Of a DNA stretch of 30,282 nt, positions 23,429 to 30,282 are shown piece after piece. The stretch lies in NCBI GenBank assembly GCA_945861585.1, contig CAMAVC010000038.1:1-30282 (forward strand). The letters are read 5' to 3'. Position 1 is the stretch's first letter; every line of letters starts with the position of its first letter. Below the pieces are notes generated by a model that did not search any database, had not been told where the DNA came from, and worked only from the letters and a program-made list of their open reading frames with translations. The stretch comes from Planctomicrobium piriforme (GTDB lineage: Bacteria > Planctomycetota > Planctomycetia > Pirellulales > UBA1268). The translations under genes were made by a program, and so were the position numbers.

Positions 23429-25586
23429 GCCCGACATGCCCCGCCACCGGCTTTTTTTCGGGCTCTTGTGCGCGTTCGTCATGGCGGCGTGCGCGACCGT
23501 GCCGTGCGTGCGGACTGCCCGCGCCGAAGCCGACCGGCCCGTGCCCGCGGCCACGGTCGTGGTCAGGCTGCCGATCACCGGCACCCGCGACACGCAGGTC
23601 AAGGCGGCGATTCTGCGGCAGCTCGACGGTCTGCGGAGTCAGGGATCAAGGCGCGGCGTGCTCGTGCTCGAATTTCGTCCGACCGACGACGACGGCGCCC
23701 TCCCCACCGATTTTGGACGGGCCTTCGAACTGGCGCGATTTCTCGGCGACGGTCGGCTCGACGGCGTGAAGACGGTGGCATTCCTCCCGGAGGGAATTCG
23801 CGGCCATGCGGTGCTCGCCGCCCTGGCATGCGAGGAGATCGTGATGCCGGCCGATGCCGTGCTTGGGCCTGCGAACGCGGAGGAGCCGGCTGTCGACGAC
23901 GCGATGCGCGCGGCCTACGCCCAGGTGGCATCCCGGCGGAAGACCGTGCCGGCGGCACTCGCCCTGGCACTGCTCGATCCGGCCGCGAAGGTGGCCCGGG
24001 TGGCGACCGACGACGGCGAGCGGTTCGTCGAGGCGCGGGATCTCGACGCCGTGAAGCGCGAGGCAGCGGTGCTCTCGGTGGACGAGGTCGGGCCCGTGCC
24101 GCTCGTGCTCGCCGGACGGCGGGCCCGCGAGCTCGGGCTCGTGCGTCTCCTGGCCGGCACTCCCGCCGAGCTCGCCCGCGGTCTGGGAGTCGATGAAAAG
24201 TCGCTGGCTGTTCTCGCGGCCGGGGATGGTGGCTGGAACGCCGTGCTGGTCGGCCTCTCCGGGCCGATCACGGCCGATGCGGTCGCCCGCGCCAAGCGCG
24301 GCATCGACGAGGCGGTGACGGGTGGCGCGAACTTCGTGTGCCTGAGGATCGACGGCCCCGGCGGCGACCCCGAGCAGAGCCTCGTGCTTGCGACCTTCCT
24401 CGCCGGGCTCGATCCGGCCCGGGTGCGCACCGTGGCCTACGTGCCGCGGGAGGCACGGGCCGATGCGGCGCTCGTGGCCCTGGCCTGCGACGAGCTCGTG
24501 ATCGCGCCGACGGCCGTGCTCGGCGGCGAGGGAGCCGCCACGGTCGATCCGCGCCGCTCGGAGGCGCTGGCTGTCGCGTGGCGCGAAGGAGTGGCCAAGC
24601 GGCGCGGGCGGTCGTGGTCGCTTCCTGTGGCGCTCGTGGCACCCGGGGTCGTGGTGCATCGGGCGGTGCAGCCGGCGAGCGGGCGGACCGAGTATTTCAG
24701 CGACGACGAACTCCTGGCTCGCGACGACCGCGATTCATGGAAGCTCGGAGACGACGTGGGCGTCGGGCCGATCGAACTCTCCGGCCGGTCGGCGGAGGCG
24801 CTGGGTCTCGCGACCCACGTGGTCGACGGGTTTCCGGCGGTCGTGGCGACCTACGGCCTCCCGGCCGACATCGCGACGCAGGAGCCGGGCTGGGCCGACC
24901 GGCTGCTCGACGCGCTGGCGAGTCCGGGCATGGCGTGGCTGTTGCTCCTCATCGGTGGTGCCGGGCTGTACATCGAGATGCACACGCCCGGCATCGGCCT
25001 CGGCGGCTTCGTGGCGATGGTGGCGTTTATCGTCTACTTCTGGAGCCAATACCTGCACGGCACGAGCGGCTGGCTCGAGGTGATGTTGTTTCTCGCCGGC
25101 ATCTTCTGCCTCGCCGCGGAGATCTTCGTCCTGCCTGGCTTCGGCGTGCTGGGCCTGGGCGGCGGGCTGCTCGTGATCGCAGCGCTCGTGCTCGCGAGCC
25201 AGTCGTTCGTGCTGCCGACGAACGACTATCAGATCCGCCAGCTGCAATGGTCGCTGCTCGGAATCCTCGGCGCCGCGGTGGGCGTGGCCCTGATCGCCAC
25301 GCTCGTGCGGCGCTGGCTGCCGCGGGCGCCGGGGCTGCGGCATGTGCTGCTCGAGCCGCCGGCCGCCGAGGAGAGCCTCGACGACCCACTCATGGATCTC
25401 GTGGGCGCAGCGGGCGTCGCGACCACGCGGCTCGTGCCGGCCGGCAAGGCGCGGATCGACGGCAGGCTGGTCGACGTGACCACCGACGGCCAGCTCGTGG
25501 AGCCTGGCGAGGCGGTGCGGGTGGTCGACGTGCGTGGTCGACGGATCGTGGTGCGGCCCGCGGACGACGGGGCAGGTGCACGATGA
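23427..25586 (+). CDS. nfeD: NfeD-family membrane protein, long form: two tandem ClpP/crotonase-like domains, multi-TM region, C-terminal OB-fold
   Basis: The signal/TM region is followed by two repeated ClpP-like modules (..GHAVLAALACEEIVMPADAVLG.. and ..ADAALVALACDELVIAPTAVLG..). A hydrophobic block MAWLLLLIGGAGLYIEMHTPGIGLGG..FVLPGFGVLGLGGG follows. A C-terminal NfeD OB domain (GKARIDGRLVDVTTDGQLVEPGEAVRVVDVRG) ends the protein. An alternative ATG lies at 23436 (see promoter finding). Confidence 0.75.
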   Translation: MPDMPRHRLFFGLLCAFVMAACATVPCVRTARAEADRPVPAATVVVRLPITGTRDTQVKAAILRQLDGLRSQGSRRGVLVLEFRPTDDDGALPTDFGRAFELARFLGDGRLDGVKTVAFLPEGIRGHAVLAALACEEIVMPADAVLGPANAEEPAVDDAMRAAYAQVASRRKTVPAALALALLDPAAKVARVATDDGERFVEARDLDAVKREAAVLSVDEVGPVPLVLAGRRARELGLVRLLAGTPAELARGLGVDEKSLAVLAAGDGGWNAVLVGLSGPITADAVARAKRGIDEAVTGGANFVCLRIDGPGGDPEQSLVLATFLAGLDPARVRTVAYVPREARADAALVALACDELVIAPTAVLGGEGAATVDPRRSEALAVAWREGVAKRRGRSWSLPVALVAPGVVVHRAVQPASGRTEYFSDDELLARDDRDSWKLGDDVGVGPIELSGRSAEALGLATHVVDGFPAVVATYGLPADIATQEPGWADRLLDALASPGMAWLLLLIGGAGLYIEMHTPGIGLGGFVAMVAFIVYFWSQYLHGTSGWLEVMLFLAGIFCLAAEIFVLPGFGVLGLGGGLLVIAALVLASQSFVLPTNDYQIRQLQWSLLGILGAAVGVALIATLVRRWLPRAPGLRHVLLEPPAAEESLDDPLMDLVGAAGVATTRLVPAGKARIDGRLVDVTTDGQLVEPGEAVRVVDVRGRRIVVRPADDGAGAR

Positions 25587-26215
25587 CGGCCGTGGTGTGG
25601 GTGCTTCTGCTGCTCATCGTCGGGCTGGCCGTGATGGTGCTCGAGGTGTTTCTGCCCTCGGGCGGCATCCTGGGCTTCCTCAGCCTGACTGCGATCGTGG
25701 CGGCGATCGCCACCGCGTTCTTGGAGCTGGGCGCGACGGCCGGGTTCGTGGTGCTCGCGGTCGCGACGGTCGTCGTGCCGACGGTCTTGGCCCTCGCATT
25801 CCGCTGGTTTCCCGAGACGCCCCTCGGCCGGCGCGTGTTGCCGCCGCCTCCCGACCCTGCCGATGTCGCGCCCGCGGCGGCGCGGCGTCTTGAACTCGAG
25901 AAGCTTCTCGGCCGCAGCGGACGCGCCCTGAGCGAAATGCTTCCCTGGGGCATGGTCGAGATCGACGGCCTGCGGGTCGAGGCCCAGAGTGACGGCGGGC
26001 CGATCGAGTGCGGGGCGCCGGTGCAGGCCGTCAGCGTGCAGGGGCGGCATCTGGTGGTGGCCCCGGTTCGCCTCCGGGAGCCGGCCGGCGAGGTCGTACG
26101 ACCGGTGCAATCGGAATCACGGTCGTCGGGACCGGCGGCCTCCGCCGCGGCCGACCGGCTCTCGCCCATGCTCGAAACGTTCGACTTCGATCGGCTCGAC
26201 CCCCCGCAAACTTGA
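25583..26215 (+). CDS. NfeD-family protein, short form (membrane anchor plus OB-fold)
   Basis: The ATG at 25583 overlaps the upstream TGA (ATGA). Two or three TM helices (MTAVVWVLLLLIVGLAVMVLEVFLPSGGILGFLSLTAIVAAIA..) precede an OB-like segment GMVEIDGLRVEAQSDGGPIECGAPVQAVSVQGRHLVV. This gene corresponds only to the 3' third of the frame-artefact track ORF 24338..26215. Confidence 0.65.
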   Translation: MTAVVWVLLLLIVGLAVMVLEVFLPSGGILGFLSLTAIVAAIATAFLELGATAGFVVLAVATVVVPTVLALAFRWFPETPLGRRVLPPPPDPADVAPAAARRLELEKLLGRSGRALSEMLPWGMVEIDGLRVEAQSDGGPIECGAPVQAVSVQGRHLVVAPVRLREPAGEVVRPVQSESRSSGPAASAAADRLSPMLETFDFDRLDPPQT

Positions 26216-26282
26216 CTCGCCCCCGCCCCGGAACAAGTCTTGAGGGTTCGGAGAGCAGATTCCCGGTGAACGGAGCACACGC

Positions 26283-27296
26283 ATGCCCACGTTGATTGTC
26301 CTCGGCCTCGGCATTCTCGCCATGGTCGTCGTGTTCGGACTCCTCGCCCGCTACCTGCGGCTCTGGCTGCAGTCGTATGCGTCGAGCGCGGGGATCGGCC
26401 TCTTCGATCTCGTGGCGATGAGCTTCAAGAAGGTGAACCCCACCGTGATCGTGCGCAGCAAGATCATGGCGGTGCAGGCCGGGCTCGGAGATTCTTCTGG
26501 TCTCACCTGCCAGGCCCTCGAGGCCCACTATCTCGCCGGCGGACGCGTGCCGCTCGTCGTGCAGGCGCTGATCGCAGCCAACAAGGCGAAGATCAAGGAA
26601 CTCGACTGGAAGCTCGCCACCGCGATCGACCTGGCCGGCCGCAACGTGCGGGAGGCGGTGCAGACGAGCGTCTATCCGAAGGTGATCGACTGCCCCGGCA
26701 AGAACAGCGGCCGCGAGTCGCTCGACGCCGTCGCGAAGAACGGGATCCAGCTCAAGGTGCGGGCCCGTGTGACGGTGCGCACCAACCTCAACCAGCTGAT
26801 CGGCGGCGCCACCGAAGAAACGATCGTGGCTCGGGTCGGCGAGGGCATCGTGTCGGCGATCGGCTCGGCCGAGCGGCACACCGACGTGCTCGAAAACCCC
26901 GATGTGATCTCGAAGACGGTGCTCGCCCGCCGCCTCGACGCCAACACGGCGTTCGAGATCGTGTCGATCGACATCGCCGATATCGACGTCGGAGCCAACA
27001 TCGGCGCCCGTCTCCAGGCCGATCAGGCCGAGGCCGACACCCGCGTGGCCCGGGCCAACGCCGAGGGACGGCGGGCGATGGCGGTGGCCAAGGAGCAGGA
27101 GATGATCGCAGGCATCGAGGAGAGCCGCGCGGCGCTCGTCGAATCGGAGGCGGAGGTGCCCAAGGCGATCGCCGATTCACTGGCCACCGGCAGCCTCGGC
27201 ATCGTCGATTACTACAAGCTCCGCAATCTCCAGGCCGACACCGATATGCGGCGCACGATCGCGGGGGGCGGGACGCCGGCTCCTGTCGTGCCATGA
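26283..27296 (+). CDS. floA: Flotillin-like protein FloA (SPFH domain, YqfA/UPF0365 family)
   Basis: The N-terminal TM is followed by [32 protein letters not shown].. and a coiled C-terminal region, colinear with FloA. GGAG precedes the ATG. Confidence 0.8.
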   Translation: MPTLIVLGLGILAMVVVFGLLARYLRLWLQSYASSAGIGLFDLVAMSFKKVNPTVIVRSKIMAVQAGLGDSSGLTCQALEAHYLAGGRVPLVVQALIAANKAKIKELDWKLATAIDLAGRNVREAVQTSVYPKVIDCPGKNSGRESLDAVAKNGIQLKVRARVTVRTNLNQLIGGATEETIVARVGEGIVSAIGSAERHTDVLENPDVISKTVLARRLDANTAFEIVSIDIADIDVGANIGARLQADQAEADTRVARANAEGRRAMAVAKEQEMIAGIEESRAALVESEAEVPKAIADSLATGSLGIVDYYKLRNLQADTDMRRTIAGGGTPAPVVP

Positions 27297-28021
27297 TCGT
27301 TTCGCTCGCGTCCCTGCAGATGCCCGTCGTGTTCGCCGCCGGCATCGACTGGCTGGAAGCGATCCTGCCGATCCTGTTCGTCGGTTTCTGGATCCTGTCG
27401 CAGGTGTTCGCCCTGTTCCGCCGCGTGGCGGGCGGCCCGGCCCGGCCGCCGGTGGTGCGGGTTCCCGACCTTCCGCGCGACGAGGCCGCCATGCCCCGGC
27501 CGCCCGTGCGGCCCGAGGCCGATCCACGGGCCGAACTCGACAAGCAGATCGCCGACTTCTTGCGCCAGGTGACGGGAGGAGCACCGGCCGCCGAGCCCGT
27601 GCAGCCACCCACTCGGCAGCCTGCGTCACGGCCAGAGTCACCGTCGCAACCGCGCACCGCGAAGCCCGCGCTCCCGCCCCGGCCTGCTCCGACGGTTCAG
27701 CCGCCGCGGCTCGCGCCGTCATCGACGCGGCTGGCGGGAGAACGCCCGCAGCCGGGCGGCGAACGGCACGTGGGTACGCTCGACGTGCAGACCTCGGACG
27801 TGGCGCGACACGTGAAGGACGCCTTCAAGGAGCAGTTGGGGCATCTGCACTCTGGTCTCGAGCAGCCTGGCGTGGAGGCGGCCCAGACCGAAGCATCAAG
27901 GCGGGCGACACGTGGGCGAGTGTCCGCCCGCGAGCTTGTCGAGGCCGCCCGCGATCCAGCGACGATCCGGCAGGCGATCCTGCTCCGCGAGATCCTCGAG
28001 CGGCCCGTCGACCGGTGGTGA
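27293..28021 (+). CDS. Hypothetical membrane-anchored proline-rich protein, translationally coupled to floA
   Basis: The ATG at 27293 overlaps the floA TGA stop (ATGA). One N-terminal TM ([25 protein letters not shown]) is followed by a long Pro/Ala-rich linker and a C-terminal charged domain. Confidence 0.45.
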   Translation: MIVSLASLQMPVVFAAGIDWLEAILPILFVGFWILSQVFALFRRVAGGPARPPVVRVPDLPRDEAAMPRPPVRPEADPRAELDKQIADFLRQVTGGAPAAEPVQPPTRQPASRPESPSQPRTAKPALPPRPAPTVQPPRLAPSSTRLAGERPQPGGERHVGTLDVQTSDVARHVKDAFKEQLGHLHSGLEQPGVEAAQTEASRRATRGRVSARELVEAARDPATIRQAILLREILERPVDRW

Positions 28022-28247
28022 GACGGCCGAGCGCCAGCAGCGCCTGCATGGCATGTCCGCCGCTGTCAGCCGGGCGCAGGGTGCCACGCCGCCGCCATCG
28101 GCGTGGAAGACGCCGAAGCTGGGAACGCTGGGCGAACCCGGCAGGTTCCCCGGCGAGCGGCCTGGAGCGGGCGAAATTCGCGGCTTGAGCGGCCTGCGGA
28201 CCTGGTCTACAAGGCAGGTGCGGCCCGCTACCGGCAGGCCGTCCGCA

Positions 28248-28284
28248 GCGCGTAGACGAGGTTGCCCAAGCCTCGTCTACGCGC
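28248..28284 (+). terminator. Perfect 14-bp GC-rich hairpin in the 300-bp intergenic region after the floA operon
   Basis: GCGCGTAGACGAGG-TTGCCCAAG-CCTCGTCTACGCGC lies about 230 nt after the proline-rich gene stop and 37 nt before the SH3 gene ATG. There is no U tract. Confidence 0.3.
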
Positions 28285-28320
28285 CTTTGCGCGGCGTGTC
28301 TCCATGGATGGATTCGCCCC

Positions 28321-29805
28321 ATGACATCGATGCCACCGCCGCACCGCGTGGGTGCGATCGTCGTCACGATCGTGGTGGCATGCTTCGGGGCAGCGCGTGC
28401 CGACGATGGGCCGATGACTGCCGGCACCGCTGCGGATCGACTCCTGCCGACGACGGTGCGCGTGGCACGAGACCACACCTATCTCCGCGCCGGACCGGGC
28501 GCCGACTTCTACCCGACGGAACGGCTCGCACAGGGTGCCGAGGTCGAGGTCTGGGCGCTCGATGCCTCGGGGTACGCCGCCGTGCGGCCGGTCGCGGGCA
28601 GCTACAGTTGGATTCGTGCTGCCGACGTCGACGACGAAGCAGCGCTCGACGGCGGCGAATCATCCACGCAGATCGCCCCTGTGAGCCGAGTCGGCGTGGT
28701 CGTCGTCGACGGCGCCGTGGCGCGGATCGGATCACAAGTCAACGATCTCCGCCACGTCGCCCAGGTGCAGCTCGAGGCCGGTGAACGGGTGCGAATCATG
28801 GAAGAGGTGCGAATTCCGTCGGGCCGCCATGCGGGCCTCTGGATGCGCATCGAGCCACCGGCGGGCGAGTTTCGGTGGGCGAACCTCGCCGATCTCACCC
28901 TGCCGCCCGCGCTCGCCGCCTTCGTGCCGCGCTCGCTGCCGGCTGATGCCGACACCGGGGCCGCGCTTGCAGCGCTCAAAGATGCCGGTGCCGCCGTGGC
29001 CGCGGCAGTGGAGGAGGTGCGCGACGCGGCCGCCCCGCCGACACCGCAGCAAGCGCCTCCGCCGACACTCGCGCCGGTGCCGCTCTCGCAACGGCTCTTC
29101 GGCGGCTGGCTCCCGATGGGCAGCGGCGTGCTCGAGGCGACCGCCCAGCCCGCGGCGGTCGCGGTCACGAGCGGCGGCGGGGCTGCCGCTACCGACGAGC
29201 TTGCCGACATTGATCTGGCGCTCTCGCTCGCCGTGACCGGCCCGCCCGACCAGATGAACCTGGCCCCGATCCGTGAGCGGCTGCGGGTGGCCGCCGCCAA
29301 GACCACGTCGCAGGCCGAACGTCTGCGGGCCGAGGCGATCGACGCCCGGCTGACGCGGTTCGAGGCGATTCATGGCAAATACCAGGCCCTCGCCTCCACT
29401 GCCCCGGCCGACGCATCGCCGCTGCGGCTGGGCAGCATGTGGTCGAGCCTCTCGGCGCTCGGCACGCGGCCGGTGCGGCCGGGCGTGCTCCCCGGCGGCG
29501 GCCCCGCCGACGGTCAGCCCACGTGGACGCCCCCCTCGACACTCGAGACCACCGGGCGGCTGGCGACGGTCGTCTCGCGCCGGCCCGATGCGCCGCGCTG
29601 GGCCATCGTCGACGACCACAACACCGTGCTCGTGTTCGTCACGCCGCAGGCCGGCGTCAATCTCGCGCCGCTCGTGGGCCAGCAGGTGTCCGTCCGCGGG
29701 GCGCAGGGCTACATGCCCGAATACAAGCGGCCGTATGTCGTCGCCTCCGAAGCCCGCCCGCGGCTCGCCGCAGCGCCGCAGACCAACGGCGACCTCACGC
29801 GCTGA
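28321..29805 (+). CDS. Secreted protein with two bacterial SH3-like (SH3b) domains
   Basis: A signal peptide (VGAIVVTIVVACFGAARA) is followed by two segments with the SH3_3 pattern (VRVARDHTYLRAGPGADFYPTERLAQGAEVEVWALDASGYAAV and ARIGSQVNDLRHVAQVQLEAGERVRIMEEV..GLWMRI). The middle is Pro/Ala-rich. The C-terminus ..VVDDHNTVLVFVTPQAGV..VSVRG is beta-rich. Confidence 0.45.
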   Translation: MTSMPPPHRVGAIVVTIVVACFGAARADDGPMTAGTAADRLLPTTVRVARDHTYLRAGPGADFYPTERLAQGAEVEVWALDASGYAAVRPVAGSYSWIRAADVDDEAALDGGESSTQIAPVSRVGVVVVDGAVARIGSQVNDLRHVAQVQLEAGERVRIMEEVRIPSGRHAGLWMRIEPPAGEFRWANLADLTLPPALAAFVPRSLPADADTGAALAALKDAGAAVAAAVEEVRDAAAPPTPQQAPPPTLAPVPLSQRLFGGWLPMGSGVLEATAQPAAVAVTSGGGAAATDELADIDLALSLAVTGPPDQMNLAPIRERLRVAAAKTTSQAERLRAEAIDARLTRFEAIHGKYQALASTAPADASPLRLGSMWSSLSALGTRPVRPGVLPGGGPADGQPTWTPPSTLETTGRLATVVSRRPDAPRWAIVDDHNTVLVFVTPQAGVNLAPLVGQQVSVRGAQGYMPEYKRPYVVASEARPRLAAAPQTNGDLTR

Positions 29806-29809
29806 AAGG

Positions 29810-29952
29810 CGCCGGCTCGGGGTTACCCCGTACCGTCTCGCCGGACGCTCACTGCGCCCATCCATGGGCTCCGTTCGCTCGGACCTGCCTGCGCTGCGCC
29901 ATCCTGGCTACGCTGGTCAGCTACGCCGGCTCAACGGTAGGGGTAACCCCTC
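29810..29952. repeat. Long-range imperfect inverted repeat (16/17 nt arms about 105 bp apart) between convergent genes
   Basis: GGGGTTACCCCGTACCG (29819-29835) pairs with CGGTAGGGGTAACCCC (29934-29949). Each arm is preceded by the direct repeat GCCGGCTC (29811-29818 and 29925-29932). Confidence 0.4.
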
Positions 29953-30173
29953 GCCTCCTCAACTGGAGAGGGGAGGCGGCGGAGACGGTCGGTGCGATGC
30001 GGAAGAGCCGACGGGCAGATACGCGGCTTACACCGAACGCACCATCACAGTTGAGACGGGACTAGCGATCGCCCTCGGCGATGGAGCAGCGTACCGCCGG
30101 CTCCGACGCCGGATTGGGCGCGTCGAGATAAGTCGCACGCGTGCCCGAGGCTGGCGCTCGTGCGCAAGTCCAG

Positions 30174-30282
30174 GTCAACGCTGCAGCGTGTCGAGCTCGT
30201 CGGTCGAGAGCCAGCGGGCGGCGAGTTCCGTCTGCACCGCTTCGGGGTCGCCTGGGCGGCCCGCGTTGCGGCCGGCGGCGCG
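30174..30282 (-). CDS. Possible 3' end of a minus-strand gene running off the right edge
   Basis: An open frame ends at TGA (30174-30176) and reads ..RAAGRNAGRPGDPEAVQTELAARWLSTDELDTLQR*. No homology was recognised. It is not in the ORF track because its start lies outside the window. Confidence 0.15.

Noticed and set aside
24338-25582. 625-aa ORF 24338..26215 in an alternative frame of nfeD
   Set aside because: Its first two thirds is an off-frame Arg/Gly-rich read-through of nfeD. Only the portion from 25583 (MTAVVWV..) is a genuine gene, the short NfeD.

Overview
This is a high-GC (about 70%) bacterial chromosomal window. Its gene content looks planctomycete-like: a Tat-signal Gfo/Idh/MocA oxidoreductase, secreted HEAT-repeat and FG-GAP proteins, and a BBP7-like outer-membrane barrel ending in Trp. 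The taxon is an inference from gene content only. I call about 22 protein-coding genes plus one tRNA-Ala(CGC). I see no rRNA, CRISPR array, IS element or integrase. The recognisable core consists of hflK (with hflC running off the left edge), glpX, pyrE, an ECF sigma/anti-sigma pair, an alpha/beta hydrolase, a giant 1981-aa tandem UvrA-UvrA fusion and an nfeD(long)-nfeD(short)-floA flotillin operon with a coupled proline-rich membrane protein. The strongest non-genic signal is a family of 22-nt palindromic REP/MITE-like elements of the form GTAG + GACAGGC-TT(C/T)A-GCCTGTC. Seven copies lie between 6356 and 12266 and none occur elsewhere in the window. They sit at gene 3' ends, carry the stop codon of three genes, form a tandem triple between two convergent genes, and once sit in-frame inside a BtuF-like binding-protein gene, encoding 8 extra residues there. 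A GHMP/galactokinase-like gene appears broken by an internal deletion plus a frameshift. The ORF track uses GTG/TTG as 'M', so several track ORFs are over-extended at the 5' end; starts were re-picked where homology or RBS evidence allowed. Everything is read from sequence and translation by eye, with no database searches.
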